Part shown: positions 20,115 to 30,848 of the stretch, in pieces
Position numbering within the stretch: position 1 is the first letter of the stretch
How the letters are laid out: each line of letters opens with the position of its first letter
DNA from: a virus
Lineage: Duplodnaviria; Heunggongvirae; Uroviricota; Caudoviricetes
Virus record (IMG/VR): IMGVR_UViG_3300043467_001216
Direction: 5' to 3' (one strand)
DNA: 64,000 nucleotides
Notes under the pieces: model-generated
Databases searched by the model: none
What the model was told of the DNA's origin: nothing
The model's input: the letters and a program-made list of their open reading frames with translations, nothing else
Translations under genes and position numbers: made by a program

Positions 20115-21743
20115 TCAATTTAATCTAATATTTTGATTAAGAACTTGATTTTCTGCGTCAGCAAGTATTTGAAATATCTCATCAATAGATTGTCCACTAC
20201 CTGATGATATTGGAACAGGGGGTAATGTTGAGATTGAATGAACGTGTCCTGCTAAGAATTCCACAATTTTTGTTAACAATTCCATCAACTTATCACCCCT
20301 TACCATAGGGTAAGTTTTGGAGTTAATACTATCTTTAGTTCCCGATTTACCTAATCCACCCACAAACATATCTTGTGGGATACCGTATAAAGTATTGGAT
20401 AATGATATCTTACCATTAGGTCCATCTGAGTCGTGAGAAAGTAAATATAATTTTTGAGCACCTAAAGTTGCGTATGTAACATCTTCAGTTTGACTAAATT
20501 TAAAAAGATTAACAACTTCAAATAATGGTTTTATTGGTGGGGTTACAATTGGTGTTCCATCTTTAACACCATAGACAGTAAAAAACCCTCGTTTTGTACT
20601 TAAAAATCCTGGTGTTATACCGGCCATAAATTTGGTATAGTTAGTAACAACTGTCGAATCAGTTTTAAGTCCATTAATGTCAAGAGTGTTATTCGGGTTT
20701 TGAAAAGATTTAAATTTTTGAGATTCCCGAAAAGTTGTCTTTGATGGGGTTACAATTAAAGGGAATGTAGTTTCGGGAGCAGCATTTTTTTTGTTATTTA
20801 CCGGTAATTTATAATTGGTAAATTCATTAATAACACCTTTAATAAAATCATTAATTAAACTAATCGTTTCTTGATATGTTTTACCAACAAACCTTACAGT
20901 TTCTATTGGTCCTGAATAATCAACACCATTTGATAACGTCAAAATACTATCAATGGTAAAATTAAATGTGTTAACATTTTTTGATGGTTTAACGTTATAT
21001 AATCCCACATCACCTGTGAATGAATCTTGTTCATTATCTAAATTTAGAATATTCCAAATAATCGCTTTTTTAACAACTTGAACTTCAGTTTTCACCCTAC
21101 CCTGTGTTTCACTAGGTAGTTGAATTTTCTTCTGCTCAAATCTACTTAATTGTAAAAAAGCCCGATTAGGATTACCGACAGGTAAAACATTTGGGTTTAA
21201 ATTTTTAACTTTTCCAGCACGTAATAAAACTTCATTATCTTTTAATATTAAATCAGAAGTTCCTCTACCCAACATCGCATTATCTTCAGGTTGTGGGAAT
21301 ATACCTTCACTTTCCTTTTTACGATATTCATTCTTATTATCCTTTAAAGATAATGTTTGTTTAATACGGTCACCCCAAGACAAAAACTTTTTACTCCCAA
21401 CATAATTTTCAAATGTTGAAGCCATTGGTGATGACAATACACCCGGAATATAAAATTGGTTTTGAGTTGGGAAATCTTTATTCTGATAAATAATATGAAC
21501 GTACTCATTAGGTTTAGGGTTTACACTTATAAAAAACGGTAATAAAGGTAAATGTAAAATTGGGTCTTTTGAAGTCCAAGGGTCAATTTCTTCATTCCAA
21601 TCGGTAATAGCACGAATCATATCTTCATATTTTTTACCTTCAGGTAAAACTCTAAGTCTACCCAAAACCATTGGGTCATCGTTTTTGTAAACAAACCCAG
21701 GGAACATTATTTGATTTTGTGATGAATTATTTTCTGACCCCAT
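20115..21743 (-). CDS. Baseplate hub/central spike protein (gp5/VgrG-like OB fold)
   Basis: N-terminal DDPMVLGRLRV...PKPNEYVHIIY; C-terminal RGDKLMELL...AGHVH (HxH tip). Confidence 0.65.
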   Translation of the reverse strand: MGSENNSSQNQIMFPGFVYKNDDPMVLGRLRVLPEGKKYEDMIRAITDWNEEIDPWTSKDPILHLPLLPFFISVNPKPNEYVHIIYQNKDFPTQNQFYIPGVLSSPMASTFENYVGSKKFLSWGDRIKQTLSLKDNKNEYRKKESEGIFPQPEDNAMLGRGTSDLILKDNEVLLRAGKVKNLNPNVLPVGNPNRAFLQLSRFEQKKIQLPSETQGRVKTEVQVVKKAIIWNILNLDNEQDSFTGDVGLYNVKPSKNVNTFNFTIDSILTLSNGVDYSGPIETVRFVGKTYQETISLINDFIKGVINEFTNYKLPVNNKKNAAPETTFPLIVTPSKTTFRESQKFKSFQNPNNTLDINGLKTDSTVVTNYTKFMAGITPGFLSTKRGFFTVYGVKDGTPIVTPPIKPLFEVVNLFKFSQTEDVTYATLGAQKLYLLSHDSDGPNGKISLSNTLYGIPQDMFVGGLGKSGTKDSINSKTYPMVRGDKLMELLTKIVEFLAGHVHSISTLPPVPISSGSGQSIDEIFQILADAENQVLNQNIRLN

Positions 21744-21945
21744 TTCTTGTGTTATATTCTTTTAATATTTTATTATAAGTCTCTTCTAAACTATCCAAAT
21801 GATAAGTTAATTTTATAATATCATTTTTAACTGTTTCAAAATCTTTTTGAATTACATCCATAGCCATTTGTAAATCACTATTAGACGAATTTGAGGGGTT
21901 ATTTATAACATCAATTGTTTTTTTTGCAACATCTTCTTTAGTCAT
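21727..21945 (-). CDS. Small coiled-coil hypothetical protein
   Basis: 72-aa ORF in operon. Confidence 0.65.
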   Translation of the reverse strand: MTKEDVAKKTIDVINNPSNSSNSDLQMAMDVIQKDFETVKNDIIKLTYHLDSLEETYNKILKEYNTRNGVRK

Positions 21946-21953
21946 AATTTTGT

Positions 21954-23885
21954 TTACATTGAAAGTCCATACCCTGCCGAAGGTATTGTAAATCCAGCCG
22001 GTGTCATCGTTAATGGTGGTATCGCCACTTGTATTTTTGAGTTTGACATTTCAGAACCTTGTCCTTTTATTGACGAATACATACTCAACACTGTTAAATT
22101 AGGACTACCATCCGGCATAGGGCCAGTTGGTATACCCACTTTTTGTAACTCCTGAATTGTATTAATAAATGCTCTAGTTTCTGAGAACCCATCTAATAAT
22201 TGGGCGGCAAACAATAGTGGTAATGGAATATCATTTTGTGCGGATAACCCTCCCCAAGACGAAGTGGCTATCTTGAGTAACCATAATATTTCATCAACCA
22301 CACTTTTACATTCTCTCCAATCACTAATAAACTGACCAATAGTTATTAATAACTGAATCAATTTTAAAATTAGAGTAATTTTTTTAGATGCTTTTTCTTT
22401 TGCTAAATCAACTAAAATTGATTGTATTAAATTACGAATATCTTTTTTAATTTCTTTAAATAATTCTTTAATAAAAATTCCGGCAATTTTAGATACAACA
22501 TTTTTAAAAAATGTGGAAAATCTTTTAACAAAATCTGAAAAAGATTTAATTGATTCTAAAATTGTGTTACCTAACGCTTTTAACATTACGGCTAACGGTA
22601 ATAAAATTTTGGGTGAGAATAAAGATATTGCCAATCCCATTATCATATTTTTTATGAAGTTCAAATCTAATTCGGCTTTTAAACTACCGTCAAGAGCAAA
22701 CCCATTCCAATCAGGGTTATTTACAATATCGTCAGTCAGTTTATCCGCAGCATCAATTTGTTTATCCTCATCCTCAATAAATGTGATATTATCTAACGCT
22801 TCAAAGATTGTATTAGTATCTAATGGTAATGCAACATTATTACAGGTTACAAATTTAACTACACCATTCTTAATATTACTAACTCTTTCTTCTATCTTAC
22901 GTAAATCCATACTATTTAATTCGTAAAATGAATTATCAGTATCGTCAATTTCAGATAATTTAGCAACACCACTAACATCAATAGTTTTTCTATTGTCAAA
23001 ACAGATACCTAAGATTCTTTGAATTATAGCCATTACTTTACTAACATCTTCAACTTGTTTAAGACCAACATCCCCTTGAATTGAGATTGCACCTAACAAA
23101 CATTCTAAAATCCACGCTAATGTTGAATTAAAATCAACAACTTTAATTGTTTTATAATAATCTTGAATAAATTCTCCGACATTATTTAAACGGTTCAACG
23201 TAACCCTTTGTTGTAAAGTTACTTTATAAAAACTACCTGTTTCACCCAAATCATTTACTTCAGTATACTCAATGTCAAATAATGGTTGACCTGACCTACC
23301 CATATATAATGAACCCCCATTATCTGTTGAATATGGGTCGTTACTTTGGATACGTTGGTATAATTGTTTATTCATTGGATATGGATACGATTGTGTTGCA
23401 CTTAATGGTTGTTTTTCATACAACGCTTTACCCGGACTTGTTTGATAATCTTTTCTTAATAATTTACCTAAGTCAATTGAACTAACTTTAATATATAACA
23501 CTTGTGGTGAGAACGCTTGTTGTTGGTCACAACCAACAACCGATAAACATTCCGCCATTAATATGTTAGCAATTTTTGGCTCCACTTTACGTAGAGTCCT
23601 CATTAAAAGTCTTTTTAAATATTTTGTGGTACTACCACCTTTACCCGAAAGAACTTTTTTAATATCAAGCAATTGTTCGAATTGATTTTTTAATTCTTTT
23701 TGATACTTTTTAGCATTCGCCTTTAAATCATTGATTTTTTGTTCCGCTAAATCTTTACGTTCATCAAATGAATTACCCGCACTTTTCTTTAAGGAATCAT
23801 ATTGACTTTTTAAATCAGTATACGCTTTAGCCGAATTAATTTTATCTTTAACTTCTTTATAACTACTATCTAAATCTAACCCCAT
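21954..23885 (-). CDS. Hypothetical protein (possibly baseplate/tail associated)
   Basis: 643-aa ORF co-oriented upstream of the spike gene. Confidence 0.6.
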   Translation of the reverse strand: MGLDLDSSYKEVKDKINSAKAYTDLKSQYDSLKKSAGNSFDERKDLAEQKINDLKANAKKYQKELKNQFEQLLDIKKVLSGKGGSTTKYLKRLLMRTLRKVEPKIANILMAECLSVVGCDQQQAFSPQVLYIKVSSIDLGKLLRKDYQTSPGKALYEKQPLSATQSYPYPMNKQLYQRIQSNDPYSTDNGGSLYMGRSGQPLFDIEYTEVNDLGETGSFYKVTLQQRVTLNRLNNVGEFIQDYYKTIKVVDFNSTLAWILECLLGAISIQGDVGLKQVEDVSKVMAIIQRILGICFDNRKTIDVSGVAKLSEIDDTDNSFYELNSMDLRKIEERVSNIKNGVVKFVTCNNVALPLDTNTIFEALDNITFIEDEDKQIDAADKLTDDIVNNPDWNGFALDGSLKAELDLNFIKNMIMGLAISLFSPKILLPLAVMLKALGNTILESIKSFSDFVKRFSTFFKNVVSKIAGIFIKELFKEIKKDIRNLIQSILVDLAKEKASKKITLILKLIQLLITIGQFISDWRECKSVVDEILWLLKIATSSWGGLSAQNDIPLPLLFAAQLLDGFSETRAFINTIQELQKVGIPTGPMPDGSPNLTVLSMYSSIKGQGSEMSNSKIQVAIPPLTMTPAGFTIPSAGYGLSM

Positions 23886-23886
23886 A

Positions 23887-24264
23887 TTATTTTAATTTAT
23901 AAGAACCCTTTGATGTGTCAGTATCTTTATCAATCAAACTTTTAATAACATCATCATCTAAATCAATATCTGATAGTGTAAAATTGTCATTGTTTGTTGT
24001 TGTATTAGTTTTTTCCCAAATACTTGATTGTAATTTAGATAGAGAAAGTTTTTTCTCGACACATTCATTTATGATTTTTTGTTGTTTTTCAATAATAGGA
24101 CCAATCAAAGTCATATCCTCAACCTCCTTCATTAAGGACAACATTTTATTTTGTATTCTGATTGCAGTATTTCTTTGTTCCACAAGTTCATTGTAGATTT
24201 CTTGCATTAACGATAAGATAGATTCTTTAGTTAAATTAATTTCTTTTTTTGCCGGTCTTCCCAT
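23887..24264 (-). CDS. Hypothetical coiled-coil protein
   Basis: 125 aa, TATTTAT upstream (24271-24277). Confidence 0.65.
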   Translation of the reverse strand: MGRPAKKEINLTKESILSLMQEIYNELVEQRNTAIRIQNKMLSLMKEVEDMTLIGPIIEKQQKIINECVEKKLSLSKLQSSIWEKTNTTTNNDNFTLSDIDLDDDVIKSLIDKDTDTSKGSYKLK

Positions 24265-24278
24265 AATAACATAAATAC

Positions 24279-25025
24279 TTATTTAACCATTTTCTGTATT
24301 AAGCAATAATATATGTTCTTGAACTTTTTCATAGAACTTCTTATTTCTTTTGTTGATAAATTTGTCATCTCTCTTAACGATAGTAACACAATATTTTTAT
24401 TAAATTTATTGTTATCATTACCGATAAAAACTTCATTATAATTATCAAATAAATCATATAGTGCGTGTCCTAATTTAATTTCATTTTCAGATAAATTAGG
24501 TGACTTTAAAAATTCGTCTAACTCAATTAAAAATTGATTTATTATTGTTGTGGCATCAATCACATCACTTTCAATATGATACGCAAAATCATTACTATTT
24601 TCTAAATCATACGATATATCTTCATATGAAATTTTTCGATTAGTCTCTTTTTGGTCTTTAATTATTTGACCCATCAAATAATTTTTACAGATAGTTCCAA
24701 AATAAGAATATGCCTTCTTTTCTTTTGAAGGTTTGAACTTATCTATTTTGGTCATTAAAAAGGAGTGTGTGTCTATATGTATTTCATAGAAATCCATATC
24801 TTTTCTATATAATTTATATCTTCGAATAATTGAAGATATCATCTTATCTAAAGGTTTACGTAAAAAGTCATTGTAAATTTTATTCTTTTCTTCAAATGAA
24901 GAAGCGGTTAAATAATTTATAACCGCTAACTCCTCTCTAACATCAAAATAATTTTCTTGTGTTGGTTTTCTACCTTTCTTTTTTAACTCCGTACTTGTTT
25001 CATTTACTACTTCATTAGTACTCAT
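24279..25025 (-). CDS. Phage sigma factor, T4 gp55-like (late transcription)
   Basis: Sigma region-2-like KIDKFKPSKEKKAYSYFGTICKNYLMGQIIKDQKE, comparable to the gp55 'KFDPEK..AF.YFT.I' pattern. Confidence 0.7.
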   Translation of the reverse strand: MSTNEVVNETSTELKKKGRKPTQENYFDVREELAVINYLTASSFEEKNKIYNDFLRKPLDKMISSIIRRYKLYRKDMDFYEIHIDTHSFLMTKIDKFKPSKEKKAYSYFGTICKNYLMGQIIKDQKETNRKISYEDISYDLENSNDFAYHIESDVIDATTIINQFLIELDEFLKSPNLSENEIKLGHALYDLFDNYNEVFIGNDNNKFNKNIVLLSLREMTNLSTKEIRSSMKKFKNIYYCLIQKMVK

Positions 25026-25828
25026 TAAATTTCTTGGGGTTCATATTTTATGGCTCTGTCATTAATGAAGAAATATTCTTTCTTAGCCGAATCAACCCAA
25101 AAACTAACCTCATCATCAGTTAACACATTCTCACCATTTTTGTAATTCCAAAAGATAGACCCCTCACGTAAATTTGTGTGTTTGTATCCTATTCTTGGAA
25201 TTGACATAATTTTAACTGAGTTATATGTCATACGTAAGAAAAATTCATAACCAAACGTTAATTTGATTGAAGGTTTAATTAAACCAAAATCAAGAAATTT
25301 ATCTTTTTTAATAACAATACCTGATGGTTGAAAGTTCTGATATGACTGTAACGTTTCGTTAGTTAATACTCCCATTTCACTACTGAAGTTAGCTGCAAAT
25401 GTTGCCTCATTTGTAAACCCCGCAAATATTTCTTTATCTGTAGTATCAACAACTATTGGTAAAAACGCATCATACTCAGGATATGATTCAACATATTTTG
25501 CAACATTTTTAAACCAAATTGATGAATACTCATCATCAAATTCGAATAAAGAAACCCATTTAGAATTTGCTGAACGAGCACCGTAGTTAATTTGTGATGC
25601 GTAATTGGGTTCTTTAGTCCATTCTACTTTCTCAACTTTAATATCACCAAAATCAAATGAGTTTAAATATTCAACTAATGACGTTTCATTTGTATGAACT
25701 ATAATCAATTCATTGATTCCTAATTTTTGATTTTTAATTGATTGAATTGCCTTATTAAAGTATTCATCAAAATTAAGATTTTTTGACGATTTAATAGGTA
25801 AGATTACTGATACATCAAATTTTTCCAT
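25025..25828 (-). CDS. Glycosyltransferase family 2
   Basis: VSVILPI, INYGAR, LFEFDD (DxD-like). Confidence 0.8.
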   Translation of the reverse strand: MEKFDVSVILPIKSSKNLNFDEYFNKAIQSIKNQKLGINELIIVHTNETSLVEYLNSFDFGDIKVEKVEWTKEPNYASQINYGARSANSKWVSLFEFDDEYSSIWFKNVAKYVESYPEYDAFLPIVVDTTDKEIFAGFTNEATFAANFSSEMGVLTNETLQSYQNFQPSGIVIKKDKFLDFGLIKPSIKLTFGYEFFLRMTYNSVKIMSIPRIGYKHTNLREGSIFWNYKNGENVLTDDEVSFWVDSAKKEYFFINDRAIKYEPQEI

Positions 25829-25829
25829 A

Positions 25830-26891
25830 TTATTCTTCTATTGTTTGTAGTTTAGAGATTTGGTCTTCAAATGATTTTAATCTAATAGAAAAATATTCAT
25901 CAAATAAAGAAACCGATTGTTTATTAAAATCTTCTTTAGATTGTAAAGAATTAACTGTTTCATTCATATTAGTGAATAATTCATCACTAATGTTGTCTTC
26001 TAACCAATTTTGTAAATGGTCAGCAATTACATCAACTAAATGTGTTTTATTGTTAACCCAAATACCGTTATTTTCATTAATCCACGATGGTAATATATTA
26101 GGTACTAAACCAATTACAGGAACATTTGACTTCAATGATTCTAGTGGATATGTGCCATATGAACTTGTTTCATCAATCCAAACAGAAACAAACCCTTCAC
26201 TTAATTTCTCAGCAAATTCATCTTTAGATAAACCTCTTAAATCTCGTAATGTTATCCATCTATATTGTGGATATTTAACATAAAATGTTTTAATTAAATT
26301 AACAGTATCTCTTTGGTCTCTAGAATGAACCGATACAATTGGTTTTGCCGGTAATGAATTAGGTTTAAATTCATCAGAAATAAATGGTTTTAAAATATCA
26401 AAAGAAACATTTTTCATAATTTGTTGAATGTATTCTTTTTGTTCTTCTGACGTAGTAATACATTTTAAAAACCCAAATTGAGCCCAAGTCTCACCTGGTT
26501 TTAAAGTTTCTAAGATATTATCATACGCTTGTGATAATACAATTTTACCGCATGGTAATTGTTTAATTTGTTCCATAACAAAACCAAATAATTCAGGAAC
26601 CACAATGAAATCATCAGGTGCGACTTGTAAAGTACCACCTTCAATTGGTTGATGAGGTAATGATTCATACTTATTACCTAACCAAGATGATACACCTAAA
26701 TAATCCGATTTTTCGTGTAAAATAACGGGGTTGTAATCATTTTCTTGTAATGCTAAAGCAAAATTATATATGTACTCAACAGATGCTTTAGCATTTCCTT
26801 TAGTGTCTTGTACAATAAAATAAATTTTAGATGTTTTGTTTTTTAAGTTTTCAATAGATTGTTCGACCTTTGAAATTTGTTCTTGATTCAT
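25830..26891 (-). CDS. GT-B fold glycosyltransferase-like protein
   Basis: DFIVVPE; VWIDETSSYGTYPLESLKSNVPVIG (GT4-like E-x7-E region). Confidence 0.7.
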   Translation of the reverse strand: MNQEQISKVEQSIENLKNKTSKIYFIVQDTKGNAKASVEYIYNFALALQENDYNPVILHEKSDYLGVSSWLGNKYESLPHQPIEGGTLQVAPDDFIVVPELFGFVMEQIKQLPCGKIVLSQAYDNILETLKPGETWAQFGFLKCITTSEEQKEYIQQIMKNVSFDILKPFISDEFKPNSLPAKPIVSVHSRDQRDTVNLIKTFYVKYPQYRWITLRDLRGLSKDEFAEKLSEGFVSVWIDETSSYGTYPLESLKSNVPVIGLVPNILPSWINENNGIWVNNKTHLVDVIADHLQNWLEDNISDELFTNMNETVNSLQSKEDFNKQSVSLFDEYFSIRLKSFEDQISKLQTIEE

Positions 26892-26892
26892 A

Positions 26893-27153
26893 CTAGTACT
26901 TATTTATTATTTTTTTATTTATTAGCGTATTAAACGCGAGTTTAAAAGGGATAGATAATTCAGAACTTTTAGCTCCTAATGTTTCGTCAACCTCATCACT
27001 TTCTGTCACAAGAATTTCAACCATAGTTTTATACATTTCATATTTAACTAAGTTAACTTGTGTTTCACCTGTTGACGATGATTTTTCAATGTTAACACAT
27101 TCTTCCAATCTGTCAACATCTAAATAATAATGTTCATTTAATACTTTTAACAT
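26893..27153 (-). CDS. Hypothetical protein
   Basis: 86-aa ORF in operon. Confidence 0.65.
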   Translation of the reverse strand: MLKVLNEHYYLDVDRLEECVNIEKSSSTGETQVNLVKYEMYKTMVEILVTESDEVDETLGAKSSELSIPFKLAFNTLINKKIINKY

Positions 27154-27764
27154 TTTAATAGTTGTTTTAATTTATCATCAAACTCGTTTAATGTTTTAAC
27201 GGTATGTTCACAATCAACATTTTTGTTATATTCTGTCTCATACTTAACCACAATCTTATCTGAAGGTTTATCTAATAATAATATAGGATTAGACGTAAGT
27301 AAAACATCTATCTCATCCCACATTGAATTTATTGTTATATTACTATAGAATTTTATTTTTTCAATCTGACAAATAAACTTAGATAGGAAAAATAGTGTTG
27401 CCGGTTTTGATTTACCAATTTCATCAGAAACAATAACTAAATCATTATTGTCCCGATATGTTAAATATAAATTGTGTAAATCATTAAATGTTGAATATTC
27501 AGTAGATTGTGCATGTCCAAAAATTTCCATAGCAAATTCTTCATACAAAAAAGAATAAAGTTCTTCATCGTTTTTAAATTTAAAATGTTCTTTTAACTCT
27601 AACGAAGTTACCGGTAAATTCATTTCATATTCGAAACTTTCATCATCGTCAATACCGTCGGTTTTTGATAAATAATATTTCTCATAGGTTTGTTCTATTT
27701 TACCAATGGTATTTCTTAAAACACCATTAATATCAAATCCGATTCTAAATTTTGGCTTTTCCAT
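27147..27764 (-). CDS. HAD-superfamily 5'(3')-nucleotidase-like protein (degenerate DxD)
   Basis: RIGFDINGVLRN motif I variant. Confidence 0.55.
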   Translation of the reverse strand: MEKPKFRIGFDINGVLRNTIGKIEQTYEKYYLSKTDGIDDDESFEYEMNLPVTSLELKEHFKFKNDEELYSFLYEEFAMEIFGHAQSTEYSTFNDLHNLYLTYRDNNDLVIVSDEIGKSKPATLFFLSKFICQIEKIKFYSNITINSMWDEIDVLLTSNPILLLDKPSDKIVVKYETEYNKNVDCEHTVKTLNEFDDKLKQLLKC

Positions 27765-27803
27765 AATACCAATATATTTAGAATATTAAATTTGTAAACA
27801 ATA

Positions 27804-28577
27804 TTATAATTTACCTTTATTTTCTTCGTAATCGTCGAATTTTTGTTCGATGATTTTTATAATCTTGTTTCTTACAATTTCATCAGGATTATTTAATGAA
27901 ACACAACCAAACTCAGACTCGTCTTCAAACATTTTATAGACAATTTCTAATGAAGATTCTTTTTTATTTCTGATGTCTTTTTGTTTTGTATCACCAAGAA
28001 TTACCATTTTAGAATTATCACCAATTCTAGTTAGTAATGTCTTCATATTTTCTAATGTTATATTTTGACACTCATCCGCAATGATAATTGAATTATCAAT
28101 TGAACGTCCCCTAATAAAAGCTAATGGTTGTATTTTTATAATACCGGATTCCCTTAACTTATTAGTAATTTCTTCACCAACAATTTTCTCAAAGTTATCA
28201 ATAAATGAAATCATAAATGGTTCTAACTTTTCTTTAATATCACCGGGTAAGAAACCTGTTTCTTCACCTTTTAATTGTGTTACTGACTTAACTAAAATGA
28301 TTTGTTTAAATTCGTGATTTTTAACCATTTTAAGAGCTTCAGCACACGCTAAGAAAGTCTTACCCGTTCCAGGTAAACCTGAGACGATTGTAATTTCTTT
28401 TTCCTTAATAGTTTTGATTAATTTTTTTTGAGTCTCGTTTTTACATTGGACTCTCACACTGATGTGGTCTAAAAGTTTAGCAGTATCAAATTCTTTTTTA
28501 TCAACTACTAAAACTTTTGTTGGTAATTTCTCAACCTCAGATGTTGGGGTTGTAATTGGTTTTCTACCTCTACCCAT
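27804..28577 (-). CDS. phoH: PhoH-like ATPase
   Basis: GLPGTGKTFLA, GFLPGDIKEK, LAFIRGRS, IADECQN, LTRIG, GDTKQKD. Confidence 0.95.
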   Translation of the reverse strand: MGRGRKPITTPTSEVEKLPTKVLVVDKKEFDTAKLLDHISVRVQCKNETQKKLIKTIKEKEITIVSGLPGTGKTFLACAEALKMVKNHEFKQIILVKSVTQLKGEETGFLPGDIKEKLEPFMISFIDNFEKIVGEEITNKLRESGIIKIQPLAFIRGRSIDNSIIIADECQNITLENMKTLLTRIGDNSKMVILGDTKQKDIRNKKESSLEIVYKMFEDESEFGCVSLNNPDEIVRNKIIKIIEQKFDDYEENKGKL

Positions 28578-28661
28578 ATAATTTTTTTTTATAACAATAA
28601 ATAGTTAATATATTAAAAATACAATAACTATTTAAATTCATCAATTTTTGATTCTTATTTA

Positions 28662-30176
28662 TTATTGTACAACGTCAATAAATTGTTTAAAATATTTATT
28701 GTTTTTATAAATAAAAGGTAATAACGTATTATTTAAGTCTTTACCCATAGTTTCATTATGATTACTTAATTCTTTTCTTGTCTGACTTTCGTAATGATAT
28801 GCAACTAAAGAACCGTCAAAAACATTTTCAAAACCTAAAATTATTAATTTTAAATTTAATTCAACGTCTTCAAAACAATTATTATAATCTTCATTAAACA
28901 TTCCGGCATTTATAAATGATTTTCTTCTAACACCCAATAATGCACCTGTTGACCCGATACCGTTTTTATTACTAATTGTGTAATTAAAATAATTACCTAA
29001 CCCATAATGTGTTAAACCTAAGCTATTATTTTTTTGATTGAAAAATATTCTTACACCGTCGTGTTGTACTGTATTATCCTCAAAATGTAATCGACAACCA
29101 ATTGTACCGGTTTTAAGTTTTTCTTTAAACGTTTTTAACATACCATAAACAACATTATTTAATAATTTGATATCGTTGTTACAAAACAATAAAAACTCAT
29201 ATTCATCACCAATATGATTTTTAACCACTTCATTATTAATTTTGGCAAAATTATAATAATCAAACTCAAGTAATTTGATGTTACCCATATTTAAAATATT
29301 ATTTCTAATCCAATCTTTTTCTTCGTTAGTTGACCCTGTGTCAGCAATGTAGATATCAAATAAGTCAGAATTACAATACTGATAAAAAGAATTAACACAA
29401 TTAAGTAACATATCAACTTTACCTTTTGTTGGTATAATAACCGCCATTTTACCAATATTTTTTAATGGTTTTTCATTAATTGTTGGTACGAAAATAGTTT
29501 CAGGTTTTAATTCTAAGGGTAGGTTTTTACCATATTTTTTAAGGAATAATTCTTTTGATTGAAAAAATTCTTGATTTGGTTGACCGACTGATTGATGTGT
29601 TATTTCAAAGGACGATGTGACACCAATTTTAACACCTGACAAATAATTTGGTAAACAAAATAAATGGTCGTAGAAATGAAATCTACCAATTGATTCATCG
29701 AATTGATGTTTAATTTTTGTTTTATCAAACGATATAAATAAACCATCAATAGTTACTACTGGAATTAAAAATGGTAATTTTGGAGAGTATTTACTTAACC
29801 ATTTTTTAGACCCATCAGGGTGATGATAAACTTGACCGACCATTGTTTGATTCATCCTTTCCCAATAAACACCTGACTCAGGAAAATAACAACTACCCGC
29901 CTTACCAATAATCCCATAATCGGGATTACTATTGAAATCCTCTAATAATTTTTTACCCCAATTTTTCTCAAGTTTAATGTCATTATGACAACAAACGATA
30001 ATATTATTTTCCGAGATTTCTAACCCTAAATTATAAACTGTCGACAATGAATATTCATTTCGATTTTCGACTTCTAAAATCTGAGGATTTTTAACACCGA
30101 TAGATTCTAAAATATGTTTTTTAAATTTTTTATTATACTCAGAGTCTTTGTGAGTTGAATATATAACAGTTATCAT
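28662..30176 (-). CDS. Two-domain glycosyltransferase (GT-A + GT2)
   Basis: N-domain CHNDI, VVTIDGLF, FHFYD; C-domain VIIPTK, IADTGS, FCNNDI, FEDVELNL, HYESQTR. Confidence 0.85.
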   Translation of the reverse strand: MITVIYSTHKDSEYNKKFKKHILESIGVKNPQILEVENRNEYSLSTVYNLGLEISENNIIVCCHNDIKLEKNWGKKLLEDFNSNPDYGIIGKAGSCYFPESGVYWERMNQTMVGQVYHHPDGSKKWLSKYSPKLPFLIPVVTIDGLFISFDKTKIKHQFDESIGRFHFYDHLFCLPNYLSGVKIGVTSSFEITHQSVGQPNQEFFQSKELFLKKYGKNLPLELKPETIFVPTINEKPLKNIGKMAVIIPTKGKVDMLLNCVNSFYQYCNSDLFDIYIADTGSTNEEKDWIRNNILNMGNIKLLEFDYYNFAKINNEVVKNHIGDEYEFLLFCNNDIKLLNNVVYGMLKTFKEKLKTGTIGCRLHFEDNTVQHDGVRIFFNQKNNSLGLTHYGLGNYFNYTISNKNGIGSTGALLGVRRKSFINAGMFNEDYNNCFEDVELNLKLIILGFENVFDGSLVAYHYESQTRKELSNHNETMGKDLNNTLLPFIYKNNKYFKQFIDVVQ

Positions 30177-30832
30177 ATTTTTTTAATTATAAATAAATTA
30201 CTACTTTTTAAATAAGGACAATTTGTTTTTTGTATTAAATCATATTGAATACTACCTATTATTTTATATTCATTTGGATTTAAATTTCTAACAATATCAT
30301 TAACCGCCCCGAAGACTTGAGGACAATACACATTATCCATATAATCATCAAAAACAATATAACCATTTTTTTTAACAATTTTTTCATAATTATTAAAATC
30401 ATTAATAACGTAACTCTCACTATGGTCTCCGTCAATATATAAGATATCAACATTATTTACCTTCTCATTAACTAATTTAACAATTTCATCATTTGCCGAA
30501 TCCCCTTCAATATGTTCATAAACACAATCATTATGTTTAAATCTATTAACATTATTTATTGGGACTTCTTTATTGATTGAGTCTCCGTTATCTAAACTAT
30601 ACGACTTTTTAACTTTAGGGTTACTTGACATTAATGACGCCGAAGCACCTGCATATGAACCAATTTCAAAGTATGTTACATCATCATGTTCAATTGAATT
30701 ACAGATGTCATATAATATATGGTTATGATTATGTAGTTGGTGAGCTCCAATATTATTAACAATATTATTTAATATATTTATTGATTCTTCAGTAATTTGA
30801 AACTCAAGTTCGTTTAATGTTTTATTCATCAT
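30173..30832 (-). CDS. Class I SAM-dependent methyltransferase (Methyltransf_24-like), copy B
   Basis: FEIGSYAGAS, DILYIDGDHS, GYIVFDDY. Confidence 0.85.
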   Translation of the reverse strand: MMNKTLNELEFQITEESINILNNIVNNIGAHQLHNHNHILYDICNSIEHDDVTYFEIGSYAGASASLMSSNPKVKKSYSLDNGDSINKEVPINNVNRFKHNDCVYEHIEGDSANDEIVKLVNEKVNNVDILYIDGDHSESYVINDFNNYEKIVKKNGYIVFDDYMDNVYCPQVFGAVNDIVRNLNPNEYKIIGSIQYDLIQKTNCPYLKSSNLFIIKKI

Positions 30833-30848
30833 TTTTATTTAAGGGTTA